A DNA stretch of 64,000 nt from positions 7,985 through 71,984 of the IMG/VR virus record IMGVR_UViG_3300033149_003459. The stretch is one strand, 5' to 3'. Source of the DNA: a virus. Every line of letters starts with the position of its first letter. Position 1 is the stretch's first letter. The translations under genes were made by a program, and so were the position numbers. The notes below the pieces were generated by a model. It had not been told where the DNA came from. It saw nothing but the letters and a program-made list of their open reading frames with translations, and made no database searches. Shown piece after piece: positions 1 through 7,925 of this stretch.

Positions 1-2
1 GC

Positions 3-671
3 AGGGGACCGGAGCTGCTCGACAAGCCCATCGAGGAGTTGCTGCCGATCTCGTTCGTCGGCGCGGCCGCGGTGTCAGCCTATCGGTCATGGATCAGGAA
101 ACTCGACAGCCTGCCGATGGCCGAGGAGCAGAAGCGGGAGACGCTCCGCGACGGCCAGAACGCGGGCAAGATGCTCCTGGCCATCGAGGCGCGGATCGGG
201 GAGCTGCTGCCGCGAGGTGATCGTGCGGGATGGATTCGAACGGAAGGATCTACAAAGAAAGCAACACGACTGAACTTGCCCATTGACGGGAAGCGAGCTC
301 ATGTGGCGAGACAGATATTCAACAACCCCGACGCCGTGGCCGAGGTCATCGCCGAGGCCGAGGAGAACGGGGACATACCCACCAAGACGGCCGTGCTGAA
401 CAAGGTGAGGGATCGGAGGAGGCGGGAACGGGCTCATGCCTATGCGAAGGATCGGGTTGAGGCTCCACCAGAGTTGTCGCGCTTCCTTGACGCATGCATC
501 ACGCGGCAACGGCAGACCAACATCGTGCTGAGCGACATCGTGCGGAACAAGGAGTACCTGCCTGAGAGCAAGCTTGAGGAGTTCGTTGGGGAGGTCGTCT
601 CCACCCTGCGGATACTGTCCACCGATAGATCGCTTAGGAGGATCATGCATGTTGACAGAGAGACAACTTGA
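3..671 (+). CDS. Hypothetical phage protein, 5'-truncated by the window edge
   Basis: Frame open to the window start; the LLAIEARIGELL segment resembles the helical N-terminal domain often fused to phage methyltransferases. Confidence 0.6.
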   Translation, partial: RGPELLDKPIEELLPISFVGAAAVSAYRSWIRKLDSLPMAEEQKRETLRDGQNAGKMLLAIEARIGELLPRGDRAGWIRTEGSTKKATRLNLPIDGKRAHVARQIFNNPDAVAEVIAEAEENGDIPTKTAVLNKVRDRRRRERAHAYAKDRVEAPPELSRFLDACITRQRQTNIVLSDIVRNKEYLPESKLEEFVGEVVSTLRILSTDRSLRRIMHVDRETT

Positions 672-1098
672 GCGGGTGCGCCAGCAGCTTCGATGTTCCG
701 TCGTTGAGGACGTGTTCTTTGACGGCAGGTACCCGAAGATGCAACTCCTATCGAAGGAGGACATCTATCGGGAGCTCGGCATCCCGTATGCTGACGGCGA
801 CTATTTCCAGATACGCGGGATTGACAGTGTCCTTGGTAGGGTACTGGCTGATCTTCGGAAACACCTTCACTTGCGCAACCTAAACTTCGTATCCATTAGG
901 GTGTCGCTGGAGGACGGGCATTCCTACGTTCTGTACGGGTTCACGAATGACGTCAACAAAATAGACGAATGCATATTGAGGTGGAAGAGGTTCTACTATT
1001 GTGGAAGGAGGAACGCCGAAAGGGTTGAACATGCCGGAGAGAAACAAAAGCGTCTTCTTCTCGCAGGGCAGGGGAAACTCCTCGGTTCGCAGCGATGA
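649..1098 (+). CDS. Hypothetical protein
   Basis: ATG at 649 after AGGAGG; lower-GC ORF with no recognised motif. Confidence 0.6.
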   Translation: MLTERQLERVRQQLRCSVVEDVFFDGRYPKMQLLSKEDIYRELGIPYADGDYFQIRGIDSVLGRVLADLRKHLHLRNLNFVSIRVSLEDGHSYVLYGFTNDVNKIDECILRWKRFYYCGRRNAERVEHAGEKQKRLLLAGQGKLLGSQR

Positions 1099-1195
1099 AT
1101 ATAGGGGGCGCTATTTGACGGTTTACGCTGGGCGGCATCTACAGGCGGGTGCCTTGATGGGCGCCTGTACAAAATCATTCTGAGGAGGCCAGGAG

Positions 1196-1810
1196 ATGGC
1201 TACGATCACGGTTCCGATGCTGAACGTTCAGGTCTGCAAGCTGCGCATCCGGGGCACCACACCCCTGATAGTGCACAGGTTCACCAAGAAGGCGCAGCAG
1301 CAGATCATCGACAAGCAGGGCGGCAAGGCCGCCAACAAGAAGGCGGCGAAGATAGCCGAGAAGGAGTTCGAGGACGCCAAGTACAAGCTGCCGGACGGGC
1401 GCGACGGGTTCCCGGCGGTGGCGTTCAAGACGGCCGCCGTGAGCGCGTGCCGCTACGTGGACGGGCTGAAGATGACGCACGTGCGCGGCGCGATGCACGT
1501 GATGGGCGAGGTGGTCGACGGCGTGCCGACCAACCTCGTGGCGCTCGACTGCGACGAGCCGGAGCTGCGCTCCGACCCGGTCACCATCAGCCTGGGGAAG
1601 AGGGACATCCGGCACCGGCCGCAGTACAACCGGTGGCAGACCACGCTGACCATCCATTACAACGCGAACGTCATCACGGTCGAGCAGATCGTGAACCTTT
1701 TCAACAACGCTGGTTTCGGCATCGGGGTCGGCGAGTGGCGGCCGTCGAGCCAAGGATCGTCACAGTTCGGCATGTTCGAGGTGGTCGGCTCTGACGAGGT
1801 TGCGTCGTGA
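1196..1810 (+). CDS. RAMP/Cas7-like protein, candidate effector of a GGY-NN repeat-guided (VIPR-like) system
   Basis: 204 aa, RBS AGGAG. N-terminal strand LRIRGTTPLIVH, the FPAVAFKTAAVSA helix (equivalent to RAMP IPGSSLKGA) and the C-terminal glycine-rich loop AGFGIGVGEWRP...FGMFEV are RAMP-like hallmarks; no other cas effector genes or CRISPR array present. Confidence 0.75.
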   Translation: MATITVPMLNVQVCKLRIRGTTPLIVHRFTKKAQQQIIDKQGGKAANKKAAKIAEKEFEDAKYKLPDGRDGFPAVAFKTAAVSACRYVDGLKMTHVRGAMHVMGEVVDGVPTNLVALDCDEPELRSDPVTISLGKRDIRHRPQYNRWQTTLTIHYNANVITVEQIVNLFNNAGFGIGVGEWRPSSQGSSQFGMFEVVGSDEVAS

Positions 1811-2340
1811 GCGCGGCGAGGGGTGAGAGGCCGACGTGGCGCGCCGGGTCGCGTTTCAGCGCGGACCCGGCCATGGTCGCGAGGGAGCTCAGGGTGCTTC
1901 ACCGGTTCACGTCCGTCCGCGACCAGGTGCGCCACCTCCGGGAGCACGAGGGGGAGTTCCCGACCCTGTGGGGGATACTCCCCACCGACGCGGACTCCGC
2001 GCTCTACGAGCTGCAGGTGGCGACGCTGCACCAGGTGTACACGTCGCTCGACCTTGAGGTCGACGTCACGGGCGGGGACGCTGGCAGCAGGACTATAACG
2101 GTTCGGGCGTTCCCGAGCAACCCGGACGGCCGGGGCTACGTGGAGATATCGCGCATCACGGAGGCCGACGACCGCAGGGGCTACATCGACAGCATCGAGC
2201 GCCGCATCAACGGCCTGCGCAGGGAGCTGTCCGACACGCAGGACTACTTCGAGCGGCGCGGGTACGAGTTCCCCGAGCGGTACGGCGCGCTGCGGCGCGA
2301 CCTTGAGCAGGCGCTGGTCTCGTGGGAGGGCGGCGCGTGA
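1807..2340 (+). CDS. Conserved-type phage protein coupled to the RAMP-like gene
   Basis: GTGA start/stop overlap with 1196..1810; ends 3 nt before the pentamer array; motifs WRAGSRFSADPAMVARELR and VRAF...GYVEI. Confidence 0.7.
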   Translation: MSAARGERPTWRAGSRFSADPAMVARELRVLHRFTSVRDQVRHLREHEGEFPTLWGILPTDADSALYELQVATLHQVYTSLDLEVDVTGGDAGSRTITVRAFPSNPDGRGYVEISRITEADDRRGYIDSIERRINGLRRELSDTQDYFERRGYEFPERYGALRRDLEQALVSWEGGA

Positions 2341-2343
2341 TGT

Positions 2344-2696
2344 GGCAGGCGGGGCGCGGTCAGGTAGGGTAAGGTACGGTGTGGCGCGGCGCGGCGCGGC
2401 TGGGCAGGCAAGGCTGGGTTCGGCGTGGCAAGGCGCGGCAGGGCAGGGCAAGGCGCGGCAGGCGCGGTTTGGCAGGCACGGCGAGGCATGGCAAGGCCGG
2501 GCGTGGCAAGGCAAGGCATGGCAGGCAGGGCGCGGAATGGTTAGGCTGGGCGTGGTTAGGCTGGGCGTGGCATGGCCCGGCAGGCGAGGTTTGGCTGGGC
2601 GTAGTTAGGCATGGTTCGGCAAGGCAAGGCATGGCAGGCAAGGCAAGGCGGGTCGGGGCGAAGCTTGGTTAGGCACGGCTTGGCATGGCTGGGTTT
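2344..2696 (+). repeat. Array of 65 GGY-NN pentamers punctuated by 7 GGCA tetramers; putative guide-RNA array
   Basis: Parsed by hand in register; 61 of 65 pentamers begin GGC or GGT with a variable dinucleotide; GGCA at 2344, 2403, 2457, 2471, 2520, 2579 and 2633; fills the intergenic space. Confidence 0.92.
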
Positions 2697-2703
2697 GTGA
2701 GGT

Positions 2704-3273
2704 GTGCAGGTGGGTGATCTGATACGGTGGTCCGAGATACACAGGCAGATAGTAGAGGCGCGCGACTTCGACACGATAGGGGCCATGCGCGGGAAGCTGG
2801 AGGTGCTCGACGTTGTCGCCAGGCAGCGGCACGAGAGCCTGCAGGTCCGCAACCGCATAGACCGCTACCACATAGAGCTGGCGTGGCGGGCGGCCGAGCT
2901 GTACAAGCAGCTCCCGGAGAGCCGCGGGCGCAGGAGGGCCGGGGATGGCGGGTCCACCTCGAAGCAGGACGCGCTCGACGGGCTCGGCGTGGCGAAGACG
3001 ACGATGTCCCGCTGGGTCGAGACGCTCGACATACCGTTCAAGCGGCGGAAGCTCGACACCTACGAGGCCCGGTGCGACGACGAGGACCGCCCGCTGACGT
3101 TCCAGGGGTTCCGCAAGTTCGCGCTCGACGGCGACGAGCGGCTGCGCGGCGTCAAGCGGCGCGTCACCATCATCATGCGCGGTGGGGAGCCGGTGGAGGT
3201 GCGGAACTGTCCGTCCTCCATCGAGATCGAGGTGTACGACGAGGACTTCGACGAGCGGAGGCTGCTCACGTGA
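2704..3273 (+). CDS. Hypothetical phage protein with HTH-like segment
   Basis: HIELAWRAAELYKQLP...LDGLGVAKTTMSRW; same general family as 3..671. Confidence 0.6.
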   Translation: MQVGDLIRWSEIHRQIVEARDFDTIGAMRGKLEVLDVVARQRHESLQVRNRIDRYHIELAWRAAELYKQLPESRGRRRAGDGGSTSKQDALDGLGVAKTTMSRWVETLDIPFKRRKLDTYEARCDDEDRPLTFQGFRKFALDGDERLRGVKRRVTIIMRGGEPVEVRNCPSSIEIEVYDEDFDERRLLT

Positions 3274-4403
3274 CCGGCATCGAGAAGTTCATGGCCGCCA
3301 TAAACGAGCGGTTCGGGGAGAACACGATACTGCGCGCGTCCGACCTCCCGACGCTCGGGCGCGTGTCCACCGGGTCGGTCGTCCTCGACTGGGGCATAGG
3401 CGGCGGCATAGCCATCGGCCGCATCACGGAGCTGTACGGCTACGAGTCGGTCGGCAAGACGCTCGTCGCGCTGAGGATAGTGCGCAACTTCCAGGAGGCG
3501 TTCCCCGAGCGCTCCGTGGCGTGGGTCGACACGGAGCAGTCGTGGGACGAGGAGTGGGTGCGCCGCGTGGGGGTGGACCCGGCCCGCGTCTGGATAGCGA
3601 AGCCGGACACGCTGAACCAGGCGTTCGACATAATGGACGTGTTCGCACGCACCGGCGACGTGTCGCTCGTGGTGCTGGACTCCCTCGGGGCGTCCGCCCC
3701 GCAGGAGGAGCTCGACGTGTCCATGGTCGACAAGAAGGCCGCCGGGCTCAAGGCGCGGACCGGGAACTGGGGCATGCGCAAGCTGCAGTCGGCGCTGAAC
3801 TACTCCCGTAGGATGGGCCATGAGTCGACCATCCTCGTGATAAACCACACCTACATGGGCCTGTCGGGGTTCCGCCCGACGAAGGAGACGCCCGGCGGCA
3901 AGGGCAAGGACTACGCGGACGCGCTGAAGGTGGAGCTGTTCGTCCGCAAGGAGCTGCGGTACCCGAAGGAGATCGACCCGAACGAGGACCAGTACGGCCA
4001 GCGCGTAGGGTTCTATGTCAAGAAGTCCAAGGTCGGCATCCCGCACAGGCGCGGGGAGTTCGAGGTGTTCATCCAGCCGTACCACGGCTACGACGTCGGG
4101 GACTTCTCACTGCTTGAGTACGTGCCGTTCCTCGTGAACGCTGGCATCCTGTCGAGGACCGGTGCGTGGTACACGCTGCCCGACGGCGGGCGCGTGCAGG
4201 GGGCGCAGGCCGTGGCTGACTGGCTTCGCGGGCTCGACAGTGTCGAGCTTGACACGATGAGGAGGGAGTGCCTTGAACGAGTTGCCGAGCTGGATGTACC
4301 GGACGAGCAAGGAGATGAGCCGGAGGCAGGAGACGCGGCTGGCGAGGGAGCTGGGCGGGACGGTGCAGCGGGGGTCGGGGAACCAGCCGACGAGACCGGG
4401 TGA
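3270..4403 (+). CDS. recA: RecA/UvsX-like recombinase
   Basis: STGSVVLDWGIGGG, GRITELYG, Walker A GYESVGKT, VDTE, Walker B LVVLDS, TPGG; GTG start overlapping the upstream stop. Confidence 0.93.
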   Translation: MTGIEKFMAAINERFGENTILRASDLPTLGRVSTGSVVLDWGIGGGIAIGRITELYGYESVGKTLVALRIVRNFQEAFPERSVAWVDTEQSWDEEWVRRVGVDPARVWIAKPDTLNQAFDIMDVFARTGDVSLVVLDSLGASAPQEELDVSMVDKKAAGLKARTGNWGMRKLQSALNYSRRMGHESTILVINHTYMGLSGFRPTKETPGGKGKDYADALKVELFVRKELRYPKEIDPNEDQYGQRVGFYVKKSKVGIPHRRGEFEVFIQPYHGYDVGDFSLLEYVPFLVNAGILSRTGAWYTLPDGGRVQGAQAVADWLRGLDSVELDTMRRECLERVAELDVPDEQGDEPEAGDAAGEGAGRDGAAGVGEPADETG

Positions 4404-4596
4404 TGTCCTGCTCGACGACTTCCTCGTCGAGGCTAAGATAACGAGGGCGTCGCAGTACACGCTGAGGGCCGCGTCGGTCGAGAAGATCGACAGGGAGGCG
4501 GCGAGCCAGAACCGTGACTGGGTCCTGGTCATAGAGATGGCCGGGCGGCGGCTCGCCGTGGTGTCGTACGACACGTTCAGGGAGGTGGTATGCTGA
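4294..4596 (+). CDS. Holliday-junction-resolvase-like PD-(D/E)xK nuclease
   Basis: QETRLARELGG...GSG...GDV...LVEAK. Confidence 0.75.
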   Translation: MYRTSKEMSRRQETRLARELGGTVQRGSGNQPTRPGDVLLDDFLVEAKITRASQYTLRAASVEKIDREAASQNRDWVLVIEMAGRRLAVVSYDTFREVVC

Positions 4597-5429
4597 AAGA
4601 CGTCATCAGGAACATCCGCTCCCAGGAGGGGGCGCTTGTTGACGAGCTCGACCACTGGCTGATGACCGGGTGCCAGGAGGAGCCGGACGCTGAGACCGTG
4701 GCGCGGCGCGCGCGGTACCTGCACCCCTCCGCGATGGGGAGGTGCTCCAGGGCCGTGGTGTACGAGAAGATCGGGGTGTCGTCCGGGCGCTCGGTGAGCG
4801 CGCAGCTGCAGCGGGTGTTCGACAACGGGCACTCGTTCCACCGGCGCATGCAGCGGTACTACGGCGCGATGGGCGTCCTGCACGGGACGTGGGCCTGCGA
4901 CGCCTGCGGCAAGCGGTGCCGCGTCCACGGCGCGCAGCCGGGGTGCCCTGAGCGTGCCGCACCGGCATGGGAGTACCTTGAGCCCAGGTTCAGGGACGAG
5001 GAAGAGCGCATATCCGGCCGGTGCGACGGCATCGTGTTCCACGGGGGCCGGAGGCTCGTGCTTGAGTTCAAGTCGATAAACAACAGGGGGTTCGTCTCGC
5101 TCTCCGGTCCGAGGCACGACCACATGGCCCAGGGGCAGCTGTACGCCCACGAGTTCCGAGCCGACGGGGTGGTGTACCAGTACGAGAACAAGGACACGCA
5201 GGCGATACGCGAGTACGTGATGCCGCGGGACGACATGCAGATACTGCTCCTGCTGGAGAAGGCCCGCGACATATGGAAGTGCATACTGACCGCCACGCTC
5301 CCGGCCCGCGTGTGTCCGTCGGTCGCTGACGCATACCGGTGCGACTACAAGGACGTGTGCTTCAACGAGTTCTTCGATCCAGCACCGTATTTTGAATCGT
5401 GGAGGGAACGATATGGCGCAGAGCTATGA
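4590..5429 (+). CDS. Cas4-like/RecB-family PD-(D/E)xK exonuclease
   Basis: HPSAMGRC, FDNGHSFH, GRCDG, LEFKS, QGQLY and a C-terminal Cys cluster. Confidence 0.85.
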   Translation: MLKDVIRNIRSQEGALVDELDHWLMTGCQEEPDAETVARRARYLHPSAMGRCSRAVVYEKIGVSSGRSVSAQLQRVFDNGHSFHRRMQRYYGAMGVLHGTWACDACGKRCRVHGAQPGCPERAAPAWEYLEPRFRDEEERISGRCDGIVFHGGRRLVLEFKSINNRGFVSLSGPRHDHMAQGQLYAHEFRADGVVYQYENKDTQAIREYVMPRDDMQILLLLEKARDIWKCILTATLPARVCPSVADAYRCDYKDVCFNEFFDPAPYFESWRERYGAEL

Positions 5430-5928
5430 CGAGAAGGTGACCGAGTACAAGGCCACGCGCGAGGGCATGGCGGCCGCACTGAGGAACGACCTGCCGACGC
5501 CGCGCAGGCTGGAGCAGCAGGAGATAGACTTCGCCAACGGGTTCATGTCGCAGAACGTGGCGACGCTCTCCGACGAGGTGCTCATGCGGTACTTCCACCT
5601 GTTCGTGGGGCTGCACGACTACGCCGGATGGGAGCTCGCCGCGTCGTCGGCCGACCTGGAGGCCGCGACGGAGGTGTACAACTTCACCGTCGCCACGGTG
5701 AAGCTCCAGGCTCCCGACGGCATGAAGCCGAGCCAGGCCGACGCCTGGGTGAAGACCCGGATGGAGATCCAGCGGCTGAACCAGGAGCGGCTGAACCAGC
5801 GGGCGCGGCACGAGCTGCTGAAGGCCCTGACGAAGGGCTACGAGGAGAAGTCCAAGCTCTGCAGCCGGGAGATGACCCGTCGCCTGAGCGCGGCGAACAT
5901 AAACTCCACGAAGCTGGGCGTCACGTGA
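5413..5928 (+). CDS. UvsY-like recombination mediator (tentative)
   Basis: Helical protein ending SREMTRR, within the RecA/nuclease module. Confidence 0.5.
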   Translation: MAQSYDEKVTEYKATREGMAAALRNDLPTPRRLEQQEIDFANGFMSQNVATLSDEVLMRYFHLFVGLHDYAGWELAASSADLEAATEVYNFTVATVKLQAPDGMKPSQADAWVKTRMEIQRLNQERLNQRARHELLKALTKGYEEKSKLCSREMTRRLSAANINSTKLGVT

Positions 5929-6605
5929 TCCCGGCGGTGTTCTCGTACGGCATGCCGAAGACCGGCACCACGCTCATGCTCAAGGCGTTCATGCGGTGCC
6001 GCGGGGTATACTACTGCCGCATCCGCGAGGGGTACTCGATACACCCGATGAACAGCGAGACGGGACTGTGCGACGTCGTGCGGTGGAACGGGGGCCACCC
6101 CATCGTGCTCGTGCGGACCTACCGGCACCCCGTCGACGTGATGGAGGCGCTGTTCAGGATTCACGCGGACTGGGGCGACGCTGAGCTCCGCAGGTTCGTC
6201 GGCTTCTACCGCGCGGAGTTCGAGAACACGGCGCGGTGCGTGCGCAGGATACTGCGCGGGGAGTGCAACAGCCCGCAGTACCCCACGCGGGTGGTGTTCG
6301 CCGAGATAGAGTTCGGGGGCATCGGCAGGGGGCCGATCCTGGAGGAGTTCCTGGCGCGGCTCGCGGGGCCGCTCAGCCCCATGGCGGTCGACGCCGTGCG
6401 GGGGTACCTGACAGGGACATGGGGCCGCAGGCCGTCGCGCGACGGCAGGCTGAGGCGGATCATCGAGGGGCGGCCGGTGCCCAATATCCTCAGCGACCGG
6501 CAGATCGACTACGTCGTCACGGAGCTGTCCGACGTGATAGCCGCCATGCGGTTGCGGTATAGCAACCGCCTCGACGGGTGGGAGGACGAGTATGGGAGAC
6601 GATAG
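5925..6605 (+). CDS. Sulfotransferase-like protein
   Basis: PAPS-binding loop YGMPKTGTT and 3'-PB-like RHPVDV. Confidence 0.7.
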   Translation: MIPAVFSYGMPKTGTTLMLKAFMRCRGVYYCRIREGYSIHPMNSETGLCDVVRWNGGHPIVLVRTYRHPVDVMEALFRIHADWGDAELRRFVGFYRAEFENTARCVRRILRGECNSPQYPTRVVFAEIEFGGIGRGPILEEFLARLAGPLSPMAVDAVRGYLTGTWGRRPSRDGRLRRIIEGRPVPNILSDRQIDYVVTELSDVIAAMRLRYSNRLDGWEDEYGRR

Positions 6606-7509
6606 GTGGAAGGGCTTCGAGCGCAAGGTGGCGGCCAGGTTCCGGGGACGGCGCGTGGTGCGGCCGGACTGGGGGAAGCCGGACCTCGACGTGGTGGCCG
6701 AGCCGTTCGGCATCGAGTGCAAGTACCGCAAGAGCTTCTCCTACGAGCGGGCACTTGCCGAGGCCGAGCATATTGTGGATACTGTTCCTGAGCGGTCCGG
6801 CCTGCTGCCGCTGGCGGTGTGCCAGCACCCGGGCGAGCGCGGGCGCGAGATGGTGGCCTTCCGCCTCGGCATGCTCGGCAGCGTGCTCGGCGTGGCGTTC
6901 GCGTCCAAGGCGTTCGACGAGGTGGCCGTGATGCCGCTGAAGTATTTCATGGCGTCAGGGAAGGCGATCAGGATCAGGTGCGAGGGGACGGAGGCGCTCC
7001 CGCTTGACGACCTCTGCGACCTACAGGGGACGCTGAAGGTGCTGACCGACGAGAACGCGGCGAAGCTGCGCGAGAGCATCCTGCGGTTCGGTTTCTCGTT
7101 TCCGGTGTTCGTGTGGGGCAGGGCCAAGCGTTACATCGTGGACGGGCACCAACGCGTCGAGGTCCTGAAGCGCCTGCGCGACGAGGGGTACGAGGTGCCG
7201 GACATACCGGTGGTCCCGATCCATGCTTCGTCGAAGGCCGAGGCGAGGAAGAAGCTCCTGACCGCCGTATCGCAATACGGCGACGTGTCGGTCACCGGGC
7301 TCGCCGACATGCTTGACGACATGGACGCCGCCAACATGGACCTGTCGTCCGTGGTGGCCATGCCGGGCATCGACCTGTCGGGGTTCTTCGAGTCCCTTGA
7401 GTCGGACGGCATCCCGGTCACTGATGGCGTTGCGCCGGTGGCCGAGGACACCGACATCGACACGCTCGCCACCAGCATGGAGTGCCCGAAGTGCGGGTAC
7501 CGGTGGTGA
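6592..7509 (+). CDS. Resolvase-like nuclease fused to a ParB/Srx-like domain
   Basis: N-terminal KGFERKVA...PDLD...IECK; C-terminal KLRESILRFGFSFPVFVW...IVDGHQR; terminal CPKCG. Confidence 0.7.
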   Translation: MGDDRWKGFERKVAARFRGRRVVRPDWGKPDLDVVAEPFGIECKYRKSFSYERALAEAEHIVDTVPERSGLLPLAVCQHPGERGREMVAFRLGMLGSVLGVAFASKAFDEVAVMPLKYFMASGKAIRIRCEGTEALPLDDLCDLQGTLKVLTDENAAKLRESILRFGFSFPVFVWGRAKRYIVDGHQRVEVLKRLRDEGYEVPDIPVVPIHASSKAEARKKLLTAVSQYGDVSVTGLADMLDDMDAANMDLSSVVAMPGIDLSGFFESLESDGIPVTDGVAPVAEDTDIDTLATSMECPKCGYRW

Positions 7510-7910
7510 GCACGGACCGTGACGCTCCGGTGGGAAGGAAGAGGTCGTACACGATGTCGCGGATACGCAGCAGCGGCACTCGGCCGGAGCTCATGGTCGA
7601 GTGGTTCCTGCACACCGTCGGCGCGTCGTTCGAGTGGCAGCCACGAATCCACGGTCGGCCGGACTTCCTCGTCGAGGGGCGGGTTGCCGTGTTCGTCGAC
7701 GGGTGCTTCTGGCATGGCTGCCCGGAGCACTACAGGGAGCCTAAGACGCGCGCGAGTTTCTGGCGGGCCAAGATATCAAGGAACAGGGGGCGCCGTGAGG
7801 AGGTGCTTCCGGTCCTGCGCCGCTCCGGGTACACTGTCATAAGCATATGGGAGCACGCCGTCAATGACGGATCGTACAAGGGCGAGCTTTGGCTGGCGAT
7901 GCCCCGGTAG
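7506..7910 (+). CDS. vsr: Very-short-patch repair endonuclease
   Basis: RSYTMSRIRSSGTRPE, PDF, FVDGCFWHGC, FWRAKISRN. Confidence 0.92.
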   Translation: MSTDRDAPVGRKRSYTMSRIRSSGTRPELMVEWFLHTVGASFEWQPRIHGRPDFLVEGRVAVFVDGCFWHGCPEHYREPKTRASFWRAKISRNRGRREEVLPVLRRSGYTVISIWEHAVNDGSYKGELWLAMPR

Positions 7911-7925
7911 ACCCATTAGACACAT

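Noticed and set aside
1115-1169. Promoter for the RAMP-like gene (TTGACG plus the TACAGGCG/CGCCTGTA inverted repeat)
   Set aside because: No acceptable -10 box at 16-18 bp spacing; the hairpin alone is insufficient for a call
2344-2696. Canonical CRISPR array or simple microsatellite
   Set aside because: No 25-40 bp direct repeats with unique spacers; variation is confined to two of every five positions with regular punctuation, unlike a decaying microsatellite. A two-tier G-quadruplex role is not excluded
2244-2871. Several 88-101 aa ORFs on both strands over the pentamer array
   Set aside because: Low-complexity G/R/A/W or P/C/L translations produced by the repeat; no RBS; not credible proteins
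2727-3269. N-terminal 181-aa extension of RecA in the ORF track
   Set aside because: Overlaps the better ORF 2704..3273; RecA similarity starts at GTG 3270
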